Below are positions 43,830-54,674 of a stretch of DNA of 64,000 nt, piece by piece (the first letter of the stretch is position 1; each line of letters begins with the position of its first letter). A model generated the notes under the pieces. That model did not search any database. It was not told where the DNA came from and saw only the letters and a program-made list of their open reading frames with translations. The stretch comes from Arenicellales bacterium (GTDB taxonomy: Bacteria > Pseudomonadota > Gammaproteobacteria > Arenicellales > JAJDZL01), in assembly GCA_951813075.1 (NCBI GenBank), contig OX638343.1, positions 550,149-614,148 of the forward strand. The letters are read 5' to 3'. The position numbers were made by a program, and so were the translations under genes.

Positions 43830-45620
43830 GTGAGCATCAGTTCCTACAAGATCGTCGACCACAATTACGATGTGGTTATTGTCGGTGCTGGAGGCGCTGG
43901 GTTAAGGGCGACTTTCGGTGCTGCGTTTGAGAACCTATCGACAGCATGCATTACCAAGGTCTTCCCCACCCGAAGCCATACTGTTGCCGCACAAGGTGGT
44001 ATCAGCGCGGCACTTGGAAACATGAGTGAGGATGATTGGCGCTGGCACATGTATGACACTGTAAAAGGTTCCGACTGGCTTGGTGATCAGGATGCAATCG
44101 AATATATGTGTAGAGAAGCACCTGAGGCCGTCATAGAATTGGAGCACTATGGTGTTCCATTTTCAAGAACTGAAGACGGTCGTATCTATCAACGAGCTTT
44201 CGGGGGAATGACGACTCATTTCGGTGAAGGGCAGGCAATGCGCACCTGTGCAGCAGCGGACCGAACCGGCCACGCAATTCTGCATACGCTGTATCAACAG
44301 GCGCTGAAACACAGGGCTGAGTTCTACATTGAGTATTTTGCACTTGACCTGCTGATGGACAACGGCGAATGTCGCGGTGTACTCGCCTGGTGTCTGGAAG
44401 ATGGCACATTGCACCGTTTTCAGTCAAAAATCGTAGTACTCGCAACCGGAGGATATGGCAGAGCTTATTTTTCGTGCACCTCCGCACACACCTGTACCGG
44501 TGATGGCAATGCTATGGCATTGCGAGCTGGATTGCCCCTTCAGGACATGGAGTTTGTGCAGTTCCATCCAACCGGAATATATGGTTCAGGTTGTCTGATA
44601 ACTGAAGGTGCAAGAGGAGAGGGCGGTTATCTTACAAATTCTGAAGGAGAGCGGTTTATGGAGCGATATGCTCCGAATGCCAAAGACCTTGCCTCGCGAG
44701 ATGTGGTAAGTCGTTCCATGACGATGGAAATCAATGCCGGCAGAGGCGTCGGCACAGAAGCCGACCACATTCATCTGCACCTGGAGCACCTTGGACCGGA
44801 AGTGATTCATGAGAGATTACCTGGTATTACAGAAACTGCAAGAATTTTTGCCGGGGTCGACGCGACCACCACCCCGATTCCGGTGTTACCCACAGTTCAC
44901 TACAACATGGGCGGCATTCCAACCAACCACAAAGCAGAAGTCGTGATCCGCAAAGATGGTGATGACGATTACATTATTCCAGGGTTGATGGCAATTGGTG
45001 AGACAGGCTGTGTTTCGGTCCATGGTGCCAATCGGCTCGGTTCGAACTCATTGCTGGACCTTGTTGTATTCGGTCGCTCAGCGGCGGTTCGCGCCAAGCA
45101 GCTGGTCGTCGGAATGGAAGCGAAACGATCGCTACCGCGCAACATTGAAGAAGAAGCGATTGAGCACTTCGATCGACTGCGATATAGCTCTGGAGCTATT
45201 CGAACTTCAGAGATTCGAAATCGTATGCAAAGAATCATGCAGAATCATTGCGCTGTATTCCGAACTCAGGAGTTACTGGATGAGGGAAGTCAGAAATTGC
45301 TTGATGTCTGGAAGGACATGGATGATATCAGTACAACAGATCGTTCCTTAATTTGGAACACAGATCTTGTAGAGACGCTGGAATTGGACAACCTGATGCG
45401 ACAAGCTTTGACAACCATCATTTCCGCGGCAAATCGCAAGGAGAGCCGAGGAGCGCATGCCAGAGATGACCATACAGAACGAGATGACGAAAACTGGATG
45501 AAACACACGCTTTCGTGGTTTCGTGCCAACGGCGATGTCGAATTGGACTACAGACCGGTACATTTGTATACACTGACCGAAGACGTCGACTTGATCGCGC
45601 CTAAAGCAAGAGTCTATTGA
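43830..45620 (+). CDS. sdhA: succinate dehydrogenase flavoprotein subunit
   Basis: It has the dinucleotide fold [23 protein letters not shown] with the FAD-linked His, and [15 protein letters not shown]. The start is a GTG. Confidence 0.97.
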   Translation: MSISSYKIVDHNYDVVIVGAGGAGLRATFGAAFENLSTACITKVFPTRSHTVAAQGGISAALGNMSEDDWRWHMYDTVKGSDWLGDQDAIEYMCREAPEAVIELEHYGVPFSRTEDGRIYQRAFGGMTTHFGEGQAMRTCAAADRTGHAILHTLYQQALKHRAEFYIEYFALDLLMDNGECRGVLAWCLEDGTLHRFQSKIVVLATGGYGRAYFSCTSAHTCTGDGNAMALRAGLPLQDMEFVQFHPTGIYGSGCLITEGARGEGGYLTNSEGERFMERYAPNAKDLASRDVVSRSMTMEINAGRGVGTEADHIHLHLEHLGPEVIHERLPGITETARIFAGVDATTTPIPVLPTVHYNMGGIPTNHKAEVVIRKDGDDDYIIPGLMAIGETGCVSVHGANRLGSNSLLDLVVFGRSAAVRAKQLVVGMEAKRSLPRNIEEEAIEHFDRLRYSSGAIRTSEIRNRMQRIMQNHCAVFRTQELLDEGSQKLLDVWKDMDDISTTDRSLIWNTDLVETLELDNLMRQALTTIISAANRKESRGAHARDDHTERDDENWMKHTLSWFRANGDVELDYRPVHLYTLTEDVDLIAPKARVY

Positions 45621-45638
45621 GATTAGGAATTTATAGTT

Positions 45639-46418
45639 GTGGCAAAAATCAGACTTCCGAAAAACTCGACAGTAAATCAAGGGAAGCATCACGCTTTACC
45701 CGGTCCGGCAAAACGCAAACGAGTATTCAAGATTTACCGCTGGAACCCTGAAGGCGATTCATCTCCAAAGTTAGATTCGTTTGAGATTGACTTGGACGAT
45801 TGCGGTTTCATGGTACTTGATGCGCTGATCAAAATAAAAAATGAGATCGACTCCTCCCTTACTTTCCGTCGATCGTGTCGGGAAGGAATTTGTGGATCCT
45901 GCGCCATGAACATTGATGGTACGAATACATTGGCCTGCACCAAGCCGATCGAGGAAATCCGATCTACCGTAAAGATTTATCCGTTGCCACATTTACCCGT
46001 AGTCAAGGATCTGGTACCCGATCTGACTCATTTTTACGCTCAGTACGAATCGATAAAGCCATGGCTCCAACAGCAGTCGGTTCCATCAGCGAGTCGGGAA
46101 AATTTGCAGTCAATCGATGAACGACAACAACTGGACGGGCTCTACGAGTGCATACTATGTGCCTGTTGTTCAACCAGCTGTCCAAGTTATTGGTGGAACA
46201 GCGATCGCTATCTTGGACCTGCTATTCTGCTGCAGGCCTATCGCTGGATCGCCGACAGCCGCGATGAAGCTGTCGGCAAGCGGCTCGATGAGCTTCAGGA
46301 TCCATTTCGGCTATATCGTTGTCACACCATCATGAATTGCACCAATACTTGTCCGAAACATCTTAATCCGGGCAAAGCGATAGCAGAAATCAAGAAACTG
46401 ATCGCATTGCGGACGTGA
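45639..46418 (+). CDS. sdhB: succinate dehydrogenase iron-sulfur subunit
   Basis: Three cysteine clusters are present: [25 protein letters not shown] and [12 protein letters not shown]. Confidence 0.97.
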   Translation: MAKIRLPKNSTVNQGKHHALPGPAKRKRVFKIYRWNPEGDSSPKLDSFEIDLDDCGFMVLDALIKIKNEIDSSLTFRRSCREGICGSCAMNIDGTNTLACTKPIEEIRSTVKIYPLPHLPVVKDLVPDLTHFYAQYESIKPWLQQQSVPSASRENLQSIDERQQLDGLYECILCACCSTSCPSYWWNSDRYLGPAILLQAYRWIADSRDEAVGKRLDELQDPFRLYRCHTIMNCTNTCPKHLNPGKAIAEIKKLIALRT

Positions 46419-46690
46419 TGGTTGAAGAAAAAATCAACCGTCGGGAGATGAACCGACTGATATGGCGGTGCAGACAAGGAACTCGGGAACTCGAATTGAT
46501 TCTATTTCAATTTCTAGAGCACGGATATCCATCAATATCGATTGAGGAACAGCGAGCATTTAAACAGTTGCTTGAACACAATAATTCGGATCTCAATGAT
46601 TGGCTGGTATTTGGAGTTAGAACCTACGACGATGCTTATTCCACTCTCATTAAAAATATCAGAAACTGTCAACTGACTGAAACTCAATAG
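46415..46690 (+). CDS. sdhE: FAD assembly factor SdhE (SDHAF2 family)
   Basis: The stretch [25 protein letters not shown]...DLNDWL aligns by eye with E. coli SdhE (WACRRGMRELD...DLFNWL). The start overlaps the sdhB stop. Confidence 0.85.
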   Translation: MMVEEKINRREMNRLIWRCRQGTRELELILFQFLEHGYPSISIEEQRAFKQLLEHNNSDLNDWLVFGVRTYDDAYSTLIKNIRNCQLTETQ

Positions 46691-46702
46691 CAAATTTTAT
46701 AA

Positions 46703-48379
46703 ATGCGCGTTAGCAATCTACCAGAATATCTGCAGCAAGGGCGGCTACTGCTGGCCTTACCGCAATTTAACAAGGGGACTTCGTTCACACGCGAGGAAAG
46801 AGTTGATCGCAGGCTACTTGGCTTGTTGCCGTACTGCGAAGAATCTCTGACAGTTCAAGTCGATCGCGCTTATCAGGCATATTCTGAAAAGTCGACAAAT
46901 CTTGAACGGCATATCTATCTGCGACAGTTACAGGATCTGAATGAAATACTATATTTTCAATTGGTCATCAACAATGCGGACGAGATGCTGCCAGTCATCT
47001 ATACACCGACGGTCGGAGCCGCATGCGAATACTTCTCAGAGATTTATCGAAGGCCGCGCGGACTTTTCCTAAGCTATCCGGAACGTGACATGATTGACAC
47101 TGCACTTTCAAATGTTCGCAGAAATTCGATCGAAGTCATCGTCATCACAGATGGGGAGGCAATTCTCGGGATCGGTGATCAAGGAGTCGGTGGTATGGGT
47201 ATTCCAATTGGAAAACTAAGTCTTTATTCTGCTCTGGGTGGAATAGATCCGGCTACGACACTGCCAATCGTGCTTGATGTCGGTACGAACAACCAAAATC
47301 TGATTGAAAATGATCTCTATGTCGGCTGGAAGCACGAACGTATCCAGGGCGACAAGTATTATGACTTCCTTGAGGTTGCACTCTCATCGATTCATCGAAG
47401 ATGGCCTGATGCAGTAGTCCAGTTTGAGGATTTTGGAGTATCGAACTCCCAGAGATTACTCGACGAATATATTGACAGAATTTGTTGCTTCAACGATGAC
47501 ATTCAGGGAACTGCGTCTGTAACGGTTGGTAGTCTGATAGCAGCGTGCAGAGTAACCGGCAGGTCAATTTGCGACTCGAAAATCGTAATTGTAGGCGCTG
47601 GTGCCGCGGGTACCGGCATTGCAAAGGGTTGTGCAGATGCAATGATCAGTGAAGGGATGGACAGCCAGAGCGCACACAGTAGAATCTACATGCTGAATAG
47701 TGCAGGATTGATCCATACCGGCTCCAAACGTATTCGTTCTGGTCAGAAAGCATTCGTCAAAGATCAAACCGAACTTGTAAATTGGGAAGGAGATTTCCGC
47801 CTGTCAGACACCGTGCGAAACGTCAAGCCGGACGTACTGGTGGGTGTCAGCGGACAAAAGAATTACTTTACCGAAGAGATAATTGAGATCATGTCAGCGA
47901 ATTGCGAGCGTCCTTGCATATTCCCTCTTTCAAATCCTACTGATAAGACCGAAGCGCAACCTTCGGATCTGCTCAAGTGGAGCAAGGGCAGGGCAATCAT
48001 CGCTACCGGTAGTCCGTTCTCACCGATCAAATACAATGGGGTGACGTACGAAATTGCTCAATGCAATAACGCGTATGCATTCCCAGGTATTGGTCTCGGA
48101 CTCGTTTCGGTCAAGGCAAGAAAAGTTACGGATGAAATGTTTACAGCAACCGCAACTGTAATCGGTAATTCACGATCCGATGTATGTGCACCAGGTTCGT
48201 CATTGCTGCCACCGCTAACACAGATTCGAAAACTCAGTCGAGAAATAGCAATCGCCGTTGCTGATATTGCTGTCGAACAAGGACTTGCCGGCACAGAAAA
48301 TGGAAAATCAACGGAGCAATTGGTCGACGAGAAAACTTGGTATCCGACATTCGAAGCTGCCAATTACTCGACCGATTGA
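46703..48379 (+). CDS. maeA: NAD-dependent malic enzyme
   Basis: The 558-aa ORF contains IYTPTVGAACEYFSEIYRRPRGLF, VQFEDF, FNDDIQGTASV and VGAGAAGTGIA. Confidence 0.93.
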   Translation: MRVSNLPEYLQQGRLLLALPQFNKGTSFTREERVDRRLLGLLPYCEESLTVQVDRAYQAYSEKSTNLERHIYLRQLQDLNEILYFQLVINNADEMLPVIYTPTVGAACEYFSEIYRRPRGLFLSYPERDMIDTALSNVRRNSIEVIVITDGEAILGIGDQGVGGMGIPIGKLSLYSALGGIDPATTLPIVLDVGTNNQNLIENDLYVGWKHERIQGDKYYDFLEVALSSIHRRWPDAVVQFEDFGVSNSQRLLDEYIDRICCFNDDIQGTASVTVGSLIAACRVTGRSICDSKIVIVGAGAAGTGIAKGCADAMISEGMDSQSAHSRIYMLNSAGLIHTGSKRIRSGQKAFVKDQTELVNWEGDFRLSDTVRNVKPDVLVGVSGQKNYFTEEIIEIMSANCERPCIFPLSNPTDKTEAQPSDLLKWSKGRAIIATGSPFSPIKYNGVTYEIAQCNNAYAFPGIGLGLVSVKARKVTDEMFTATATVIGNSRSDVCAPGSSLLPPLTQIRKLSREIAIAVADIAVEQGLAGTENGKSTEQLVDEKTWYPTFEAANYSTD

Positions 48380-48391
48380 TATCTGCAGGAA

Positions 48392-49996
48392 TCAATTCGG
48401 GGTAAGAACAGTATTCACTGTACCATTGGGGTCGAGTCGAGGATAATCCAGGACAAAATGCAGCCCTCTGCTTTCATGCCTTGCGAGCGCACATTTCACT
48501 ATCAGTTCTGAGACCAGTATCAGATTCCTCAACTCAATCAGATCTCGGTTGACACGGAACTGACTGTAGAAATCTCGAACTTCGTCCGAGAGAAGTTCAA
48601 CCCGGCGCAGTGCACGTTCAAGCCGCTTCTGCGTACGGACAATTCCAACATAGTCCCACATAAATCTTCGCAATTCGTCCCAATTGTGGGATATCACAAT
48701 CAACTCGTCGGGGTCTGTGACGCGACTTTCGTCCCAGTGTGGAATCTGTGAGTCGAATGATTCAGCATTAGTCGCGTTTTTCTGAATGTCCTCAAAGGCG
48801 GCGTCAGCAAATACAATACATTCAAGCAAGGAATTGCTCGCCAGTCTGTTTGCCCCATGCAGACCGGTACAGGCACTTTCTCCGACGCAGTACAATCCAG
48901 CCAAATTTGTACGTCCATTTTGGTTCACCAAGACCCCACCGCAGGAATAATGCGCGGCTGGAACGACAGGAACTGGATCTTTCGAAATATCAATTCCAAA
49001 TTCAAAACACTTCGCGTAGATATTCGGGAAGTGTGAACGCAGGAAATGTCTCGACTTCTTGGTGATGTCTAGATATACACAATCAAGTCCGCCAAGTTTC
49101 ATTTCATGGTCGATCGCACGTGCAACAATGTCTCGGGGCGCGAGTTCCTTGCGATCATCATATTTGTGCATGAATTCCGATGAATCCGGCAGAATCAGTT
49201 TACCACCTTCGCCGCGTACAGCCTCCGAAATAAGAAATGATTTCGCATGCGGATGATAAAGGCATGTTGGATGAAATTGGACGAACTCCATATTCGCGAT
49301 ACTACAGCCTGCTCGCCATGCCATCGCGATACCGTCACCTGTCGAGGTGTCAGGATTGCTTGTGTAGAGGTAAGTTTTGGACGCACCGCCGGTTGCCAGT
49401 ACCACCGCATTCGCGACAAATGTATCAACCTCCTCACTCCGGACATTCAGCGCGTAGATTCCTAGGCACCGATTCTCTCCCAGACTATTCAATCTTGATT
49501 TCGTAATCAGTTCGATCCCTATGAATTTTTCAAAAATCTCAATTCCCCCATGACCACGAATTCTGGATTCCAGTGTGCTTTCGACTTTTCTACCTGTTGC
49601 ATCTTCCGCGTGAATAATTCTTCTTGCGCTGTGTCCTCCTTCCCTAGTCAGATGAAACTCTTCTGGATGACCGGTATCTTGACCGCGCCGACTGAATATG
49701 ACGCCATTCTCAATTAGCCAATTCACGGACTGAGGTCCTTTTGTCACCACATATTCGACGACCGAGGCGTCACACAGACCCGCACCTGCGCTCAGGGTGT
49801 CTTCTATATGCGATTCAAACGAGTCATCTATATCCCAAACTGCCGCAATACCACCTTGCGCATAGTAACTGGAATTTTCAGCAATGGACTCCTTTGTGAC
49901 AATTGCGACTGTCAAACCAGCGTTCGCACACTTGAGCGCAACAGTCAAGCCGGACAATCCACTGCCAACAACAACGACGTCGTAGTTCTTATGCAT
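48392..49996 (-). CDS. nadB: L-aspartate oxidase
   Basis: It has the FAD fold DVVVVGSGLSGL, plus YAQGGIAA, FHPT and GLHGANRLASNSLLE. Confidence 0.95.
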   Translation of the reverse strand: MHKNYDVVVVGSGLSGLTVALKCANAGLTVAIVTKESIAENSSYYAQGGIAAVWDIDDSFESHIEDTLSAGAGLCDASVVEYVVTKGPQSVNWLIENGVIFSRRGQDTGHPEEFHLTREGGHSARRIIHAEDATGRKVESTLESRIRGHGGIEIFEKFIGIELITKSRLNSLGENRCLGIYALNVRSEEVDTFVANAVVLATGGASKTYLYTSNPDTSTGDGIAMAWRAGCSIANMEFVQFHPTCLYHPHAKSFLISEAVRGEGGKLILPDSSEFMHKYDDRKELAPRDIVARAIDHEMKLGGLDCVYLDITKKSRHFLRSHFPNIYAKCFEFGIDISKDPVPVVPAAHYSCGGVLVNQNGRTNLAGLYCVGESACTGLHGANRLASNSLLECIVFADAAFEDIQKNATNAESFDSQIPHWDESRVTDPDELIVISHNWDELRRFMWDYVGIVRTQKRLERALRRVELLSDEVRDFYSQFRVNRDLIELRNLILVSELIVKCALARHESRGLHFVLDYPRLDPNGTVNTVLTPN

Positions 49997-50234
49997 TTTG
50001 GATTAAATTTCGATGTTACATTACTAATTGAATAACCAGCTATCAGTATAATTTTTTCTACGCAGGTCACGTTCACTCAGAATTCATGATTCGATAATAG
50101 CAAATTCCATATAATTGGCATCGGATCTGATTCAGTTTCCTACCTTTTGATCTTGTGCCATTAAATAAACTGAGACAGCAATGTCTATCGTTACTTTTTG
50201 GTGAACTCGATAAACCATCATCTATAAATTCCAT

Positions 50235-51029
50235 ATGGATTTTGCACTCGTATTAGCAATAGCTGTTTCCGTAACCGGACTGATTTGGTTGCTTGACTTG
50301 GTTTGGCGAAAAATCATTCGAAACTTCTTTGTTGTAAAGTCGGATGGCGGAATAAAGAAAGGCTACTGGGTAGTCGAATATGCACGAGCATTTTTTCCGG
50401 TACTTCTGATAGTCTTCGCACTTCGTTCTTTTGTGGTAGAACCGTTCCGAATCCCATCAGGATCCATGCTACCGACACTACAGATCGGAGATTTTATTTT
50501 AGTCAACAAATTCAAATACGGTATCCGGCTACCGATTGTCGATGAAAAGATTCTCGAGGTGGGAACTCCCGAGCACGGCGATGTAATGGTATTCAAGTAT
50601 CCACAGGACCGTGCCGTCAATTTCATCAAGCGCGTCGTAGGATTGCCGGGTGATACTGTAACCTATGTGGGCAAGAAACTGTATGTCAATGGTAACGAAG
50701 TCGCGCAGGATGTTACGGGAACCTATATTATTGAGACCAATGCCGCCAGAAGGAATGAAACTACACGACTGAATGAGTCGTTCCGTTCGGGTGAAACTCA
50801 TTCCATTCTTATTGATGAAAACAGGTGGGCATCAAATATGGAGTTTACGGTACCAGAAGGACATTTTTTCGTAATGGGCGACAACCGGGACTATAGTAAC
50901 GACAGTCGATTTTGGGGGTTTGTCCCAGAAGAAAATTTAATAGGCAAAGCATTTTTCATATGGTTCAGCTGGGATTCAACCGGAGGAAACGGCGTAAATT
51001 GGAGTCGCATCGCAGCCGCAATCGAATGA
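50235..51029 (+). CDS. lepB: signal peptidase I
   Basis: It has an N-terminal TM segment, the catalytic Ser box IPSGSMLPTL, the Lys box IKRVVGLPGD, and GDNRDYSNDSRFWGFV. Confidence 0.93.
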   Translation: MDFALVLAIAVSVTGLIWLLDLVWRKIIRNFFVVKSDGGIKKGYWVVEYARAFFPVLLIVFALRSFVVEPFRIPSGSMLPTLQIGDFILVNKFKYGIRLPIVDEKILEVGTPEHGDVMVFKYPQDRAVNFIKRVVGLPGDTVTYVGKKLYVNGNEVAQDVTGTYIIETNAARRNETTRLNESFRSGETHSILIDENRWASNMEFTVPEGHFFVMGDNRDYSNDSRFWGFVPEENLIGKAFFIWFSWDSTGGNGVNWSRIAAAIE

Positions 51030-51130
51030 CCCAGTCATTCTTCAGGTGTCAATTTCTTTCCCGACCTCCTCAATCCTAGTTCGTACCGACGAACCGCTCA
51101 CAAAACTATCACTTCATTGCACTAGATTCC

Positions 51131-51817
51131 GTGAATGATTCTGAGTCTAACAATTTTTCGCAGGTCATTGGATACCGCTTCAACAACGCACAACTATTGA
51201 AGCGCGCACTGACGCACAGCAGCACTGAACAAGCGAACAATGAAAATCTTGAATTTCTGGGAGACACGATCCTTTGCACAGTAATTTCCGATTATCTATA
51301 CCGCAAATATCCAGCAGCCACCGAAGGCCAGCTGACTATTCTGCGCAGCCAGATTATCAACAACCGAAATGCCATTTATAGTGTAGCACTTGCAATCTCC
51401 CTCGGAGATTACATCAAAGTCGGAAAATCTTTCCCCAAAGACAATCACAACGCCTGGCGAATGCTGCTGGCAAATACACTTGAAGCACTGATTGGTGCGA
51501 TCTATCTTGATGGCGGAATGAAGAATGCGCGACAGTTCATTCTTAGTAATTTTTTGTCGTTGCTTGAGAAAAGTTCAGTCAGACGACGAAAAGACTCGAA
51601 GACCAACCTACAGGAATTTCTGCAAAAACGCTCACTTCCAATACCCGTTTACAGCACGATCGATGTCAGCGGTGAGCGACATGATCCCAGTTTTACCGTA
51701 AACTGTCGTGTCGATGGACTGATTGATTCTGTCACCGGCACAGGAAGCACAAAGAAAGAAGCCGAACAGGAAGCGGCAGCGCAAACCTATGAATTACTCC
51801 GCCAGCGAAAAATCTGA
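51131..51817 (+). CDS. rnc: ribonuclease III
   Basis: It has the RNase III signature NENLEFLGDTIL and a C-terminal dsRBD (KTNLQEFLQKRSLPIPVY...GSTKKEAEQEAA). The start is a GTG. Confidence 0.95.
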   Translation: MNDSESNNFSQVIGYRFNNAQLLKRALTHSSTEQANNENLEFLGDTILCTVISDYLYRKYPAATEGQLTILRSQIINNRNAIYSVALAISLGDYIKVGKSFPKDNHNAWRMLLANTLEALIGAIYLDGGMKNARQFILSNFLSLLEKSSVRRRKDSKTNLQEFLQKRSLPIPVYSTIDVSGERHDPSFTVNCRVDGLIDSVTGTGSTKKEAEQEAAAQTYELLRQRKI

Positions 51818-52712
51818 CGAGAATTTTCGTTCCGGCATGATTGCTCTGGCTGGGCGCCCCAATGTTGGTAAATCCACTTTACTCAACTGTTTGCTGAAAC
51901 AGAAAGTCAGCATCACATCAAAAAAAGCAAATACGACTCGTCATCGAATCATGGGCGTACTGAATGATCCGGGAACCCAGTACGTCTTTATCGACTTGCC
52001 TGGCTTCAATACGAATTACAAGCGTCTCGTAGACCGTTCCGTCTATAAAACTGCCACAACTGGAGTCAGCGGTACAGATTTAGTGTTACTTGTTATAGAC
52101 TGTCGTGGTTGGCACGAGCAGGACACTTTGGCACTGAAACGAATCCAGGACGAAAACCTACCGTTCATCGTCGTATTGTCAAAGATTGATCGGGTGAAAA
52201 ACAAAAATCTCTTGCTCCCGGTGATTCAAGATGTCGCTAAACGAACGCAAATCAATGAAATTGTCCCAGTCTCGGCTGTCAAAGACGAGAATATTGCTGA
52301 ATTGAAAAAGGCGATCTTGAAATATCTGCTGCCTGGTCCTCCACTGTTTCCGTCAGATGTAGTTACCGATAAGGGTGAGATTTTTCGGACGGCTGAGTCC
52401 ATACGTGAACAAATCTTTCGTTACTATGGTGATGAAATTCCCTACACCAGTGCAGTTCAGATTGAAAAATACGAACAAGACAACAAGGTCCTTCAGATTG
52501 ATGCGACAATTTGGGTAGAATCCAAGGGGCAGAAGCGAATCATGATCGGATCAGGCGGCTTGAATATAAAGAGAATTGGAACCGAAGTACGCACCAGGAT
52601 CGAAGCCGAGCAAGACATAAAAGTATTTCTGAATCTTTGGGTGAAAGTTCGAGCTCGCTGGACAGATGACTTGCAGTCGATTTCAAACTTTGGGTTTTCC
52701 GAAACAGACTGA
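51789..52712 (+). CDS. era: GTPase Era
   Basis: The G1 motif is ALAGRPNVGKSTL, with DLPG, SKID and a C-terminal KH domain. The ATG at 51789 lies inside the rnc 3' end. The ORF-track start at 51723 was rejected. Confidence 0.94.
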   Translation: MNYSASEKSDENFRSGMIALAGRPNVGKSTLLNCLLKQKVSITSKKANTTRHRIMGVLNDPGTQYVFIDLPGFNTNYKRLVDRSVYKTATTGVSGTDLVLLVIDCRGWHEQDTLALKRIQDENLPFIVVLSKIDRVKNKNLLLPVIQDVAKRTQINEIVPVSAVKDENIAELKKAILKYLLPGPPLFPSDVVTDKGEIFRTAESIREQIFRYYGDEIPYTSAVQIEKYEQDNKVLQIDATIWVESKGQKRIMIGSGGLNIKRIGTEVRTRIEAEQDIKVFLNLWVKVRARWTDDLQSISNFGFSETD

Positions 52713-52717
52713 GACAG

Positions 52718-53425
52718 ATGCGCGTTTACAGACAGGATTGCTTCGTGTTGCGGACCACTCCGTATTCCGAATCAAGTTTGATCGTGGATATGTTCACCCG
52801 GAACTATGGCCGGATAAATTTACTCGCAAAAGGAGCTCGGCGGGAAAAATCCAGATTCAGAGGATTGATCAGGCCGTTTCGATGCCTGGCTGCAAATTGG
52901 TCGGGTAAGGGTAACGTCCCGACTCTGACCGGATTGAAAATTGAATCTGAAGATTATCGGATCCCAAGCGAGAACCTTTACTGCCGTTTCTATCTAAATG
53001 AATTACTTGTTCGCTTGATTCTGGATCGGGACCCACACGAAGTTCTATTCGACGCTTATTACCTTGCGATGGAACAATTGAAAGAACCCTCCAATGAATT
53101 TCACACACTTCGGGTATTTGAGAAAGTTTTCCTTCAAGAACTGGGATATGCCTTGAAACTGACCTCTGAATCGGACTCCAAGGTTACAATCGACCCGTTC
53201 AAGGAATATATTTATGACTTTGATCAGGGACCAATTCAGGCGAACAGCGAAGATACTCAAACGATATCAGGTGCGACACTACTTGCAATTGCGCGAGAAG
53301 AATTCAAAACCAAACGAGTGAAATCAGAAAGCAAACTACTGCTTGGTGCAGCGATCGATCACTATCTGGAAGGCAGGCCGATCCACTCCCGCAAAATTTA
53401 CAATCAGACGATCCAACACCGTTAG
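52718..53425 (+). CDS. recO: DNA repair protein RecO
   Basis: It sits in the conserved position after era. The N-terminal OB region FVLRTTPYSESSLIVDMFTRNYGRINLLAKGARR is typical of RecO. Confidence 0.88.
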   Translation: MRVYRQDCFVLRTTPYSESSLIVDMFTRNYGRINLLAKGARREKSRFRGLIRPFRCLAANWSGKGNVPTLTGLKIESEDYRIPSENLYCRFYLNELLVRLILDRDPHEVLFDAYYLAMEQLKEPSNEFHTLRVFEKVFLQELGYALKLTSESDSKVTIDPFKEYIYDFDQGPIQANSEDTQTISGATLLAIAREEFKTKRVKSESKLLLGAAIDHYLEGRPIHSRKIYNQTIQHR

Positions 53426-53437
53426 ATTGATATTACC

Positions 53438-53719
53438 TCACTTCTTGCGTTGCGTCGTGAAACCAGGTGGCAGACTTCCCATGTCGCCTTCGCCGAATAG
53501 AAAGCCAAGCATATGTTGCTCAATCAATTTATGTGTTTCAGGGTCACTTGTCGTCAGTTGGTTCTCGTTAATGATTGTTACAAGACGTTCCAACCATTGT
53601 TTCCAACCCTCTTTCGATACATTCTCCACTATACGCAGACCCAATTCTCCCGGGTAGGGAGGGCTGGTCAATGCTTCGGACTTTTCTTTTAGGATGACAC
53701 AATCTACGAGGTTTGCCAT
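53438..53719 (-). CDS. yggX: Fe(2+)-trafficking / oxidative-damage protection protein YggX
   Basis: The stretch YPGELGLRIVENVSKEGWKQWLERLVTIINENQL...LIEQHMLGFLFGEG aligns by eye with E. coli YggX ([34 protein letters not shown]). Confidence 0.87.
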   Translation of the reverse strand: MANLVDCVILKEKSEALTSPPYPGELGLRIVENVSKEGWKQWLERLVTIINENQLTTSDPETHKLIEQHMLGFLFGEGDMGSLPPGFTTQRKK

Positions 53720-53981
53720 AACGGAAGTTTAATTGAAAATTCAAGCAGGGTACTTGCAAAGTGCTGTAAACCGATCAGTTCGTATCTATGACAAGTACGA
53801 ATGTGAACCTATATGTTGGATTGTATTGCAAACACTGAAGTGGAGTAGGGAAATATGTTGATGCTCAATTGATATTAGGTACAATTGCGAATGAATAATT
53901 GAAATATACGACTACAATTCTGTATTACCGACAAACAACAAATGCTGTTTTTGCAACATTCGTTGGAACCCAAAGAGGCAT

Positions 53982-54134
53982 ATGATCATGTTTGATTCAG
54001 CCGATACTATATTACTTATATTCACTACAACATTCTCTCTAATAATTTTTTTTACCATGTTGTTATTTATCTATTATCTGTTGAAACTAATGAGGCTTTC
54101 AATCAAGAAAAAGGATATCGAAATTAAAATTTTA
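53982..54134 (+). CDS. hypothetical small hydrophobic protein (50 aa; type-I-toxin-like architecture)
   Basis: My own translation reads MIMFDSADTILLIFTTTFSLIIFFTMLLFIYYLLKLMRLSIKKKDIELKF*. It has one long hydrophobic helix and a basic tail. An AAGAGG motif at 53973-53978 lies 3 nt and 9 nt upstream of two in-frame ATGs (53982 and 53988). I recognise no homology. It is below the ORF-track size cut-off. Confidence 0.25.
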
Positions 54135-54674
54135 GAACAAGCAAATACCAATCAATAGCGTAACCGACAATCATAACTGGTTGCCTCATGGAGCATTACC
54201 CAATACCGCAACTAACAAGCCCGATCGCAATCAGCTAATTGATTACGTGAAGTAATCGGCGAACGCAACAGATAGCCTTGATTGCACTTGCACACTTCTA
54301 ATAAAAGCCGGTTATGTATTCCTAAAAAGAAAAGACAAACATATTCGAAATACCACATTTATTCAATATTATCAGTCTCTTATGGTGTGATCGAAGAATA
54401 TATGTGCGAGGCCTAGATCGCTGGTTTGATGTGCATTCATCGCAAATTGAATAGTGAGGCTCAGGTTCGCTGAGATTTTGAAGAAAAATTTTCACTAGAA
54501 GAAAATAATGCGGCTAAGTGATCTATAATTCGCGGTTTTCGGGCGATTATCTTCAATGAAGTCCACTTATTGGCTCATGAGTCTTGCATATTCTTCTCGT
54601 TCATAGATAATTAAACAATACCAGTCGAGTTTCAAATTTTCGTGACTCGACGATTCAAATGGCAAAGTAAGTTT

